Assembly: GCA_044870765.1 (NCBI GenBank)
Contig: JBIOZG010000024.1
Location: 14,818-78,817 of the forward strand
Direction of reading: 5' to 3'
Length of the DNA stretch: 64,000 bases
Source: Nitrososphaeraceae archaeon
GTDB taxonomy: Archaea > Thermoproteota > Nitrososphaeria > Nitrososphaerales > Nitrososphaeraceae
Shown: positions 36,675-46,480 of the stretch, piece after piece
Layout: each line of letters opens with the position of its first letter
How positions within the stretch are numbered: the first letter of the stretch is position 1
Program-made: the position numbers and the translations under genes
The notes under the pieces: model-generated
The model's input: only the letters and a program-made list of their open reading frames with translations
What the model was told of the DNA's origin: nothing
Database searches by the model: none

Positions 36675-36771
36675 GTTAGTGCTATTATTTGAATATATTT
36701 AAGCCTACAAATGAAAATTTTATTATTATATTGAGTGAGAGAAAAATAAAAAAATTGGAAAAAAGAGAAAG

Positions 36772-38262
36772 TTATTCGCTTACGTAAGCTCGTTCGCCGT
36801 GTTGTGTCAAGTCCAAGCCAATTTCTTCTTCTTTTGGAGTGACTCTTATGCCTCCTGGCCACACTTTGTCCATCACTTTGATGATTAATGCAGTTAGACC
36901 CATTGCCCATGCCAAAGCTGCAAATGCACCTACGGCATTCTCATACAATTGAGCTGGATTGCCGAATACTAGTCCATTGTCTCCCCAAGGAGTAAATCTC
37001 TTCTCTGCAAATAACCCTGTACAGAGAGCCCCTGCAAGTCCACCAATTCCGTGCACACCCCAAGTATCCAATGCATCGTCCCATTTTCTGCTATTCTTGA
37101 ACATAACTGCTGCGTAACATGCGACTGAAGCAATTATTCCAATAACAAGTGCCGACATTGGCGAAACAAATCCGGAAGCTGGCGTAATCGCTACTAGTCC
37201 AGCTACAGCACCAGAAGCGGCTCCAACTGTTGATGCTCTCCCTGTGTGAGCCCATGACAATAGCGCCCAAGTCACTACGGCCATTCCTGTAGCAACCTGT
37301 GTCGCAACAAAGGCGCTTGTAGCGTTTGTGGCTGCTGCAGCTGCAGAGCCAGCATTGAAACCGAACCATCCGAACCACAGCAAGGCGGCTCCCAAAACAA
37401 TCAGCGAAATGTTGTGTGGTTCCATCGGTACTTTGCCATAACCTATTCTTCTACCCAGCATCAATGCTATAACAAGTCCCGAAAACCCTGATGTGATATG
37501 AATGACAGTCCCACCAGCAAAGTCAAGCGATCCCAGTGTACCGGTCCATCCAAAGCCCGAATAACCCGGATTCATTCCATAGTTACCTGAGTCTGGTGCT
37601 GAAATCGACCATGTCCAATGAGCAGCAAAGTCATAAACGAAAGTAGCCCACAGTATGATGAAAATAATGAATGCGCTGTATTTCATTCTCTCAGCGACAG
37701 ATGCCACAATAAGTGCAGGAGTTATGATTGCGAACATCATCTGAAATACCATGTATGTTTGATGTGGAATAGTATATCCAGTTATTCCCCCATAGGCATT
37801 TGAAGGAACATCATGAAGGACATTATTTAAACCAGCCCAATCTAGTGTCCCAATAAAACCATAGCCACCTGCATCTGGGCCGAAAGCTAAGCTATATCCC
37901 CATAAGACCCATTGTACGGCGATAATTCCAGTAGTCATAAATACCATGTGAAGTGTATTTACAGCATTTTTTTGTCTTGATAGCCCAGCATAAAATATAG
38001 CCAAACCACCAGGAGTCATAATAAGTACTAGAGCAGAGGCTGTCAGCATCCACGCGTTGTCACCTGAATCAATCTCACAAGGAATCAAATCCCCTTCTGC
38101 AGTTAAATTATATTTTCCATTGGCATCAGCTGCAAAGCAGTGATATTTTGCAGCAGGATCATCAGGCTTGTAAGCTGAAGCGTTCATTAGGAAAGCTGAT
38201 GTTGCAGTGATTGTTGTCAAAATTCCAACTAAGATAAAGATAGTGAGGTTCTTCCTAAACAT
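36772..38262 (-). CDS. amt: Ammonium transporter (Amt family)
   Basis: D.GD.AW.L...ALV..MTP.GLA.FY.G, FQMMFA, DFAGG.VIH, WFGWFGFNAGS, DDALD..GVHG and EE.GLD...HGE.AY motifs. Confidence 0.97.
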   Translation of the reverse strand: MFRKNLTIFILVGILTTITATSAFLMNASAYKPDDPAAKYHCFAADANGKYNLTAEGDLIPCEIDSGDNAWMLTASALVLIMTPGGLAIFYAGLSRQKNAVNTLHMVFMTTGIIAVQWVLWGYSLAFGPDAGGYGFIGTLDWAGLNNVLHDVPSNAYGGITGYTIPHQTYMVFQMMFAIITPALIVASVAERMKYSAFIIFIILWATFVYDFAAHWTWSISAPDSGNYGMNPGYSGFGWTGTLGSLDFAGGTVIHITSGFSGLVIALMLGRRIGYGKVPMEPHNISLIVLGAALLWFGWFGFNAGSAAAAATNATSAFVATQVATGMAVVTWALLSWAHTGRASTVGAASGAVAGLVAITPASGFVSPMSALVIGIIASVACYAAVMFKNSRKWDDALDTWGVHGIGGLAGALCTGLFAEKRFTPWGDNGLVFGNPAQLYENAVGAFAALAWAMGLTALIIKVMDKVWPGGIRVTPKEEEIGLDLTQHGERAYVSE

Positions 38263-39230
38263 TATTCACCAATATTTTAGAGAAGTATAAAAAATATAAC
38301 AATATAATATGAAATTCTAATGATTCTAATATAAATTCATTATAATTATAATTAATCATAAAATTGTTATTTTATGCAAATAACATAAACAATAGTATTA
38401 GACATTCGAGGACATATTGAGCACAGATATACCCCAATCATCGATGGTAGAAAGTAAATCGAGAATTTGATAATCTGTGTCCTATTACATCAGCTCGGCA
38501 TAAGAGAGATATCGAATCATATTTTGGATTATTTTCGTTTAACATCATTATTTCCAACAAATCAGGTATATTATTCAGTCCGATGGAATTTCATGTGGAC
38601 AATTAATGTAAAAGGGAATAAAAGAAGTCATGATATCTAGTTACCTGATATAGAAATGCATGGAAGCATTACTAAAAAGTGAATCATATTGTTAAGCGTC
38701 TTTACGAATTTATTCTACTTCAGATAATAAACTGGTAAGATAGTCACTGAATATGGTAACAAATAATTTTTCATTAACATGAATTTTGGCTTAGATTAAA
38801 TATTCACGCACAAATGGGGTCATGATCTATCGGGACCTTCTCAAATTTGATATTGTTAATTTGCCGTATTATATTCGATAATGCGCTATTTTTGATTTCA
38901 GATATGATGGCTAATACGGAACTAGACAGACCCCGTAGCTGGCCCTTTAAATTTTCGTAATCGATTTTATAGTCGAAAGGTTTTTGATTTCCATTACGTT
39001 ACGCAGATACGATATCGTATAAGGATAGGGCAGGTCCAACGTCTTGTCTAAAGGAATATTAAACAAGATAATAACAATGTGTTATACATGATACGAACTT
39101 CAAAAACCCTTCCGCCCAATGTACGATTGATAAGAGTCGGATACAACGGGATAAATGTTCCGATGGATATGTGTTGAATCAGGGAATGCTAGCTGTCCAA
39201 ATCTATTTATTTTGACATCATTAATCAATA

Positions 39231-40343
39231 TTGATGAGCAGATTCTTTAGAGCCAAGGACAAGAATGAAAATGCTTCTAATTACGAAGAAACTAAGAACA
39301 CAACAGACCATCGTGACTTCCAGGTTCGTGACCTGTATAAAAAAGGAATAAACCATATGTCTAACGATAAACTAAGCGATGCAATACGCAGCTTTGAACT
39401 AGCTCTAAGATTAGATCCGAAATTTGTTGAAGCGTGGATTAAAAAAGGATATGCTCACTTCCATTTGGGAGATTATTCTTTCGCCATTTCTTCGTATGAT
39501 ATGGCATTGAATATTGATCCAGATAATCATGAAGCATGGAATCTGAAGGGTCTTGCATATTATAAAATGAATAACTATTCCAAAGCCATTGAAAGTTGTA
39601 CAAAAGCGATAGACGCAAATCCAAATGATGGGATGGTTTGGTACAACTATGCATGTTATCTTACTTTGGAGGGCAAAGTAGATGACGGAATGGAAGCTTT
39701 GAAAAGAGCCATTGAGATAGATATTTCCCATGCAAAAAAAGCTGTTCGGGATAGGGATTTTGAAAACGCTCGTGCTGAAGAAGGATTTATGAGGATTATT
39801 GAAGTAGTCGTGCTAGAGTCCCTGCGGCAGGGCTACGACTATGTCGGTAAGATTGTTTGGGCAACTGGCATGGATAAACAGGATGTTGAAGACGCTATTT
39901 TGAGACTAAGCATGAAGGGATTGGTGATAATTAAGCAAAAGAAATCACTGACAGGAAAAGAAGAGTATTACGAACTATCAAGAGACATCTCTGATAAATT
40001 AGGAGAAGTAAAGCGATCTGGATTTATAAAGTCCAAAGAGTATTCTGCCCCTATTCAAGAAATCAAGGATATTATTGAAATATTAGATAAATCAATTGAA
40101 TCCATCAAGAATGGAGACTTGAGTCAAACAATTGAAACATTTGACCAATTAACAAGTCCAACCAAGCATGGAAATACCATGATTGAACAGTTCTTCGATC
40201 AGCACCGTGATTTGAGAGTATATCTGGTGAGACTGAGTGACAAGGGTCAAGAGTATCTCGATTCCCACAAGGCTGAATTAACCAGTCTGCTTGAAAGCAT
40301 AATTGAAAAGGTTAGAAACGGTCCCTTATCTAGAACAATATGA
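39231..40343 (+). CDS. Tetratricopeptide-repeat protein with a C-terminal wHTH-like/helical region
   Basis: Repeated AW..KG......G.Y..A...Y..AL..DP units and WYNYAC. Confidence 0.88.
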   Translation: MMSRFFRAKDKNENASNYEETKNTTDHRDFQVRDLYKKGINHMSNDKLSDAIRSFELALRLDPKFVEAWIKKGYAHFHLGDYSFAISSYDMALNIDPDNHEAWNLKGLAYYKMNNYSKAIESCTKAIDANPNDGMVWYNYACYLTLEGKVDDGMEALKRAIEIDISHAKKAVRDRDFENARAEEGFMRIIEVVVLESLRQGYDYVGKIVWATGMDKQDVEDAILRLSMKGLVIIKQKKSLTGKEEYYELSRDISDKLGEVKRSGFIKSKEYSAPIQEIKDIIEILDKSIESIKNGDLSQTIETFDQLTSPTKHGNTMIEQFFDQHRDLRVYLVRLSDKGQEYLDSHKAELTSLLESIIEKVRNGPLSRTI

Positions 40344-40396
40344 AACTAAAATATCCAATTCATTTGGATTTAGAAACTAGCTATTGTTATCAAATT

Positions 40397-40702
40397 TTAT
40401 AGATTTTTTGATTTGCTGATTTTGCTTACGATTTCCTTGTATGTATCAATATTAGATTCTAGATAATTGGAAACAAAATACATTATTCCGTATTTTTCAC
40501 CCATACGAGAAATCAAGTTATTTTTTTCTAACACATTCATATGATGTTGAACTGCCTTATAATCAAGATTTAGAACTTCTGCCATGCGATTTATGTTAAG
40601 GGGAGTTTCCTGTAACAGGTTAATGATTTTGACTCTATTTTCACCTCCCTTTGAGCCCGCAAATAAATACCAAAAAAGTCTTCTGGCAGTTTGGTCCGGC
40701 AT
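40397..40702 (-). CDS. ArsR-like winged-helix regulator
   Basis: LFWYLFAGSKGG.NR..II..L...P.N...A..L..DYK..QHH..VL..N motif. Confidence 0.88.
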   Translation of the reverse strand: MPDQTARRLFWYLFAGSKGGENRVKIINLLQETPLNINRMAEVLNLDYKAVQHHMNVLEKNNLISRMGEKYGIMYFVSNYLESNIDTYKEIVSKISKSKNL

Positions 40703-40804
40703 AAAAATATCACTAAATGCTTTTAATTAAAATTTCAATGCTACACAAATCTAAAACAGTCCGATACATATAATATTAATACAAGATAGAGCGTTAATTC
40801 AGTT

Positions 40805-41611
40805 ATGGAGAAAATTTTCAGCGAGGCAAGTGAAAAGGAAATTACGAGAACTATAGCCCAAATGTTCAATGAGACGTTGATGGAGTATAGTGATTGTGAT
40901 GTAATTATCATTGGTGCGGGTCCAGCAGGGCTTATGGCTGGAAGAGAATTATGTAAGAATGGAGTTCATACACTTATCATAGAACAGAATAACTATATCG
41001 GTGGAGGGTACTGGGTAGGTGGATACATGATGAATCCTGTGACGGTTAGATATCCAGCTAATAAAATTTGGGACGAGCTTGGAGTGCCTTATAGAAAAAT
41101 TTCGGATTCATTGTATGCTACATGGGGACCGCATGCATGTTCAAAACTAATTGCTGCCGCCTGTGATTCTGGAGTCAGATTCCTGCAACTAACCAAATTT
41201 GATGACCTAGTGTTGAAAAATGAAAGAGTTGGAGGAGTAGTCGTAAATTGGATGCCTGTTTCTGCACTTCCAAGAAATATAACGTGTGTAGATCCTGTTG
41301 CTCTTGAATCAAAAATAGTAATAGATGCTTCAGGACATGATTCAGTTGCTGTAAAGAGACTAATGGATAGAGGATATGTAAAGTGGAAAGGAATGGAACC
41401 GATGTCTGTAACAGGGGAAGATGCTGTGGTGGAATACACTGGCGAAGTTTATCCGGGACTAATCGCGGCTGGAATGTCAGCAACTGAAACCCATGGGTTG
41501 CCGAGAATGGGTCCTACGTTTGGATCAATGTTATTATCAGGCAGGAAGGCTGCACAAGTAGCAATAAGCAAACTCAAGAAAGTACCAAATCCAGACATAA
41601 AAGCTAGCTAA
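40805..41611 (+). CDS. thi4: Thiazole biosynthesis enzyme Thi4
   Basis: DVIIIGAGPAGL, GGG.W.GG, V.NW, CVDP, D.SGHD and PRMGPTFG.MLLSG motifs. Confidence 0.95.
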   Translation: MEKIFSEASEKEITRTIAQMFNETLMEYSDCDVIIIGAGPAGLMAGRELCKNGVHTLIIEQNNYIGGGYWVGGYMMNPVTVRYPANKIWDELGVPYRKISDSLYATWGPHACSKLIAAACDSGVRFLQLTKFDDLVLKNERVGGVVVNWMPVSALPRNITCVDPVALESKIVIDASGHDSVAVKRLMDRGYVKWKGMEPMSVTGEDAVVEYTGEVYPGLIAAGMSATETHGLPRMGPTFGSMLLSGRKAAQVAISKLKKVPNPDIKAS

Positions 41612-41633
41612 CGATACAAATAGTGATATACAT

Positions 41634-42382
41634 ATGAAGGTATCACATGTACATCTCTACTCTTCTTGTTTCTCAACTCCTCTAACAACTGAAATTTCAA
41701 ATCAATTACAAAAGATGTTTCCTTTTATCAAAATTGACCTGAGATCGTCCTTAGATTATTTTAGTAAGAGCAGTATCGCAGATGATTTTGGAAGAAAATT
41801 GGTTACTCAATTGCCGAGAGATGTTGTTCAACAAACTGAACTTCGAAATTCATCAAGTGAGGTTGAGAAAACCATTATATTCATTGATGGTTTTTACCTT
41901 CAAAGAATTTACACCAACATAATTGATAAAGATGAAATTCATCTAGAGCACGTAAATATCATCTTTGAAGACAAACTCGTATGCACTTTCGACGAAAACG
42001 ACAGAAGATTTCATGCAAGGCCAATAATTTGTGGTTCCCCTACGATAATATCTATACCTAGTATTGTTGAAGGCCCTGCTAGACCAAAAGCATATTATTT
42101 CAAACAAATGTTGAAAGATTTGCTCTCTAAAAATAGTAAAGAAATTGATAATGAATTTGCCAATAGATATGTAAGTTATGGTGACCCCAGGCTTCCAGAG
42201 GTAGTGACAGGTTATGCTATTCAAGCTGTTTTTTTTTTCTTACGAATGGTAACCCCTTCTGTTCAAATTATCCTTGTAGATTGTTCAATTCCCATTGGCA
42301 GGAGGAATTAATTTATTCACAGGTACTAAATCCAGTACTGTGTGAAGAACATAGAGGAATATTAGATAAAGCCGGGGAATAG
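41634..42382 (+). pseudogene. Conserved archaeal putative metallopeptidase-like protein (DUF6775-like), frameshifted at a T10 run
   Basis: TFDE.D.RFHAR and VEGPARP..YY in the first frame. After the T-run at 42229-42238 another frame gives NGNPFCSNYPCRLFNSHWQEELIYSQ...LCEEH to TAG 42382. May be an assembly error rather than a true pseudogene. Confidence 0.65.
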
Positions 42383-42496
42383 TGTAGAATGCAAATCAGC
42401 CTAGTTATTTATCATCAGACCAAGCTTTATATTGTCTACTTTAATTCCGAACAAATTATTAAATGGTATAATCTTCTTTCCTCCAGTTAATCATAC

Positions 42497-43471
42497 ATGT
42501 CAAAAAATGCAAACCATGGCTCCGATGAGCCGACATATGCAAAGAATTTTTATGATGTGATAATTATTGGTTCGGGACCAGCAGGATTTACTGCAGGTAT
42601 TTACACCTCGCGTGCAAAGCTCAAAACACTAATAATTTCTGGATCTCTACCAGGTGGTCAGCTAATGACAACTAGTGAAGTTGAAAACTATCCAGGTTTT
42701 CCTAATGGAATTTTTGGACCAGAGCTCATGATGAATATGAGACAGCAAGCTGAACGATTTGCAACCACAATAATCGATGACGAAGTACTGAAGGTGGATT
42801 TCAAAAAACGTCCTTTCCTAATATCAACTCATTCTGAAACTTATGAAGGAAGAGCAATATTACTTTGTACTGGAGCATCACCGAGGAAGCTGGGTATTGA
42901 TGGAGAACAAGAATTTGGTGGAAGGGGTGTTTCTTATTGCGCCACATGTGATGGGCCATTTTTCAAGGGTGAAGAGATTGCAGTTATAGGAGGAGGCGAT
43001 ACTGCAATTGAAGAGGCAACTTTCCTTACTAAATTTGGTAAAGCGGTCAAGATCATACATAGAAGAGATTTTCTTCGAGCAAGCAAGATTCTACAGGAAA
43101 AGGCCTTTGAAAACTCAAAAATTCAATTCGTATGGAATAATGTTGTAACTAGAATCGCTGGAAATAAAAAAATAGAAAGCATCGATCTTAAGAACTTGAC
43201 AACAGGCAAGACCCAAAATCTATCAGTAGGAGGATTATTTGTAGCAATTGGTCATGAGCCGAATACCTCGATTTTCAAAGATCAGTTAGAGTTGGATGAC
43301 AAAGGTTATGTCGTGCTTAAAGAAAATACAAGGACTAGTGTAGAAGGAGTTTTCGCGGCTGGCGACGTTCATGATTATCGTTACCGACAAGCCGTCACGG
43401 CTGCTGGATTTGGATGTATGGCAGCACTTGATGTAGAAAAATGGTTGAGTGAAAATAAATCTCACAAATGA
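42497..43471 (+). CDS. trxB: Thioredoxin reductase
   Basis: IIGSGPAG, GGQL..T..VENYPGF, GVSYCATCDG, GGGDTA.EEA and GDV.D..YRQA motifs. Confidence 0.97.
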   Translation: MSKNANHGSDEPTYAKNFYDVIIIGSGPAGFTAGIYTSRAKLKTLIISGSLPGGQLMTTSEVENYPGFPNGIFGPELMMNMRQQAERFATTIIDDEVLKVDFKKRPFLISTHSETYEGRAILLCTGASPRKLGIDGEQEFGGRGVSYCATCDGPFFKGEEIAVIGGGDTAIEEATFLTKFGKAVKIIHRRDFLRASKILQEKAFENSKIQFVWNNVVTRIAGNKKIESIDLKNLTTGKTQNLSVGGLFVAIGHEPNTSIFKDQLELDDKGYVVLKENTRTSVEGVFAAGDVHDYRYRQAVTAAGFGCMAALDVEKWLSENKSHK

Positions 43472-43472
43472 A

Positions 43473-44465
43473 TTAATTTTTAATATACAATTCAGGTAGT
43501 TTCTCCAACGCAGAAACATAATCATTTTCTGCTACAACATTTTGTTCTTTGTATAGACTCTTGAATTTCCTGCCATCATCAGCAAAAATACCTACGATGA
43601 AGCCTTTATCTATTTTCTTTGAATGTTTTAGCATACATGACATTACAGAACCCGAAGATGGTCCTACGAACAAGCCCTCCTTTTCAAGTAATTCCTTTAC
43701 AGCATTAAATGAATCCTGATTTGTGGCAGTCATCCAATCATCAACTATACTCTCTCTGCGTTTGAAAAGGTCTGGCATGGATGATTCCTCAAAGTTTCTC
43801 AATCCTTGAAGTAAATGATTCTGTTGTGCTTGAATAGCAATCACCTTCAGATTTTCATTCTTCTCCTTGAGAAAAGTTCCTGTTCCTGTAATCGTGCCTC
43901 CTGTCCCACAGCCGGTGAAGAAATGTGTTACCTTTCCATTCGATTGTTCCCAAATTTCAGGACCAGTACTCTCATAATGGGCAAGAAAATTGGAATCATT
44001 TTCATATTGATTTGGCATATAATAAATATCGGATCTAGGTTTTGCAATGGCAGTAGCAAGCGCAATGCTTTGATCGGTCCCCGCTCCCACACGTGGGCAT
44101 AGATCGTCTGAAGTTTCATGAAGTGTTGCGCCAAGGTTTCTAAGGATTCTTTTAGTTTCTGCGCTAACTTTCTCAGGAATAACGATTTCGACTTTATAAC
44201 CCATTGAAGAAGCTATACCAGCTAAGGCTATTCCCGTATTTCCAGAAGTAGGTTCAATAATGATACTCTTGTCTTTCACAAGTGAGCCTTTCTTTTCAGC
44301 ATCCTTAATCATCCAATAGGCCGCTCTGTCTTTAACTGAGCCAAAGGGATTATACCATTCTAACTTGGCATAAAATTTAATATTTTCAGTGGAGTATGAC
44401 GAGAGTTCTTGTAGTGGAGTATTTCCTATACGTTGTAATATTTCGGGTCCAATTATGGATGTCAT
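43473..44465 (-). CDS. PLP-dependent cysteine synthase family protein (CysM-like)
   Basis: IGNTPL, KLE..NP.GSVKDR, EPTSGNTG, NQY.N, GTGGT and GPSSG motifs. Confidence 0.92.
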   Translation of the reverse strand: MTSIIGPEILQRIGNTPLQELSSYSTENIKFYAKLEWYNPFGSVKDRAAYWMIKDAEKKGSLVKDKSIIIEPTSGNTGIALAGIASSMGYKVEIVIPEKVSAETKRILRNLGATLHETSDDLCPRVGAGTDQSIALATAIAKPRSDIYYMPNQYENDSNFLAHYESTGPEIWEQSNGKVTHFFTGCGTGGTITGTGTFLKEKNENLKVIAIQAQQNHLLQGLRNFEESSMPDLFKRRESIVDDWMTATNQDSFNAVKELLEKEGLFVGPSSGSVMSCMLKHSKKIDKGFIVGIFADDGRKFKSLYKEQNVVAENDYVSALEKLPELYIKN

Positions 44466-44470
44466 CTAGT

Positions 44471-44740
44471 TCACTTTGTCTTCTTTATTACAAATTCAAG
44501 TTCATTATCTTTCTTTTGCACAGATAACAAATTATGGCCAGTTTTTTCTGCCCATCTTGTTATATCTTCTTCCGATTCAGGGTCATCAGCTATAATTTTG
44601 AGTTTGCTTCCAATACCTAATTTTTCAATTTCAATTTTAGTCCTAAAAACAGGTTCTGGACAATATAATCCTCTAACATCAATAACTTTGTCAAAAGATT
44701 CCTCATTATCATTGTCGACCTTCGTATTCATTCTTAACAC
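44471..44740 (-). CDS. tusA: TusA/SirA-family sulfur carrier
   Basis: IDVRGLYCPEP, ADDP.S.EDI..W motifs. Confidence 0.9.
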   Translation of the reverse strand: MLRMNTKVDNDNEESFDKVIDVRGLYCPEPVFRTKIEIEKLGIGSKLKIIADDPESEEDITRWAEKTGHNLLSVQKKDNELEFVIKKTK

Positions 44741-44855
44741 TATTGATCAGGTGCTGTTTATATTAAATGTTTATAAGTTATTCAAACTTCAAAAAGTAAA
44801 CTTGATTTCAAATTTGAATCTTGTTAGTATATATTCACAAAGTTAAGAATTGAAA

Positions 44856-45626
44856 TTATCTGAATAAGTCATCTTTTTTGGATCTAGTAACTTTCGATAT
44901 GGAAGCATCATAGGATGAAAAATCGTAACCCCGGACTATTGTTATAGGGACGCGTAAAGATTTTCCCATGACAAGTTCAGCGGCTGATGCTATTTCATCA
45001 GCAATTGCTATTTCAGTAACCCTAAGAATATTCCCATACATATCAGAATCGCCTATGTAACTCTTGATAGGATCAATGCCTGCTACCCCAATCGCTACGT
45101 TAACCTGGCCTTTCCTAAAAGGCCTGCCAAAAGTATCGGAAATAATTACGGCTACACTTATCTTGATTCTGGACTTTATGTAGTTTCTAATCTCTCTAGC
45201 CGATTTATCTGGGTCGACAGGTAACAGTACAACATGATTGGACTTTCCCACATTACTGGTATCAATTCCGGAATTAGCACAAACAAAACCATGTTTTGTT
45301 TCAGTGATAATGATATCTCGCTGTATCTTGATTATTTCATTGGATTGCGAAATGATGAGTTCTACGAGCTTGGGATCCTTTCCGGTGCGAGAAGAAATTT
45401 TTTTTGATTCTTCAGAAGGAATTATCTTTGTTAAATCTATTGTTCTTCCTTCTGATTTTGATACTATCTTATGTGTAATAACAATCACATCATTCTCTTT
45501 TAAAGACTCTTTTTTTTCCTTAATAGACTTTAATATAAGATTACCTATATCATCGCCTTCCCGTATATCATCGTTAATCAGAATTGAGATAATTTCTACA
45601 TTACTTACTTCATGCATAATGAACAA
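44856..45626 (-). CDS. cofE: Coenzyme F420-0:L-glutamate ligase
   Basis: KIVSKSEGR, ANSGID.SN, LLP.DPD.SA, ISDTFGRPFR.G, ADEIASAA.LVMG and DLFR motifs. Confidence 0.95.
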   Translation of the reverse strand: MFIMHEVSNVEIISILINDDIREGDDIGNLILKSIKEKKESLKENDVIVITHKIVSKSEGRTIDLTKIIPSEESKKISSRTGKDPKLVELIISQSNEIIKIQRDIIITETKHGFVCANSGIDTSNVGKSNHVVLLPVDPDKSAREIRNYIKSRIKISVAVIISDTFGRPFRKGQVNVAIGVAGIDPIKSYIGDSDMYGNILRVTEIAIADEIASAAELVMGKSLRVPITIVRGYDFSSYDASISKVTRSKKDDLFR

Positions 45627-45647
45627 TCGATTTATGATTAAAAGATT

Positions 45648-46298
45648 TCATAACTGCGTCTCTATTGTCCTACCAAATTTCTTTTCCAAAAGACTCAACA
45701 GAATTGACAAATCTCTTATTTCGATTGTAGTGTCCGCTCTCTGTTTAACGATGTCAACTGGACAGAAACCTACTGTATAGCCAGCTATGTCAAATAGTTT
45801 TAGATCATTTGCCCCATCTACCACTACTACAATATCCTCTTTTTTTATTCCCCATTCTTTTATTGTCGGTTTTACTCCCAGTGATTTATCTGAACTTACG
45901 TTAATTTTAACGCCGTCTAGCTTTCCGTCTCTAAAAATCAACTCATTTGAAAAAATTCTATCCAGATGCAATTCCTCTTTGAGTTTATCTGTGATTATAG
46001 TAAAGCCCCCTGAGATTGCTATCATTTTCCAGCCGGCTTTTTTTAGTGCATAGCAGAGCTTTCTTGCACCAGGCATTATTTCCAGATTATCTGCAATGTA
46101 TTTGGCGTCTTCAAATGGAGTTCCTCTTAAAGCGTTGACTCGTTTTTTGAGTCCTTCTTCCCAGTCTATTTCTCCCCTAATTCCTTGCTTTGTAATATCC
46201 CAAATTTCTTTTTCTTTGACAGGACCAAGTTTTTGCGCGAGAACGGGCAGATACTCTGCATTGAGAAGAACGCCTTCTACATCAAAGATTATCAGCAT
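45648..46298 (-). CDS. serB: Phosphoserine phosphatase (HAD superfamily)
   Basis: FDVEG.L..AE, I..IT...GEI.W...L..RV..L.G, ISGGF and DGANDL motifs. Confidence 0.88.
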   Translation of the reverse strand: MLIIFDVEGVLLNAEYLPVLAQKLGPVKEKEIWDITKQGIRGEIDWEEGLKKRVNALRGTPFEDAKYIADNLEIMPGARKLCYALKKAGWKMIAISGGFTIITDKLKEELHLDRIFSNELIFRDGKLDGVKINVSSDKSLGVKPTIKEWGIKKEDIVVVVDGANDLKLFDIAGYTVGFCPVDIVKQRADTTIEIRDLSILLSLLEKKFGRTIETQL

Positions 46299-46480
46299 TT
46301 TAACTGTAGGTCGAGAGAGTTACGTAACAATATATTAAGTTTATTTAATCATTACAATTCTAGATTCTGTAGGCTAACGACAACCTCTTTAAATAAAAAT
46401 ATTCGTTACTAATTGCTGTTAATTTTCAGAGTAGTTGATATTCAAATTGAAATACTGAAAAAATACTAGTGTTGACACGA

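Noticed and set aside
36478-37803. Short ORFs overlapping amt and SBDS
   Set aside because: Alternative-frame or antisense shadows of strongly supported genes.
45238-46412. Plus-strand ORFs of 180, 88, 80 and 75 aa
   Set aside because: Antisense to cofE and serB with no independent motifs.
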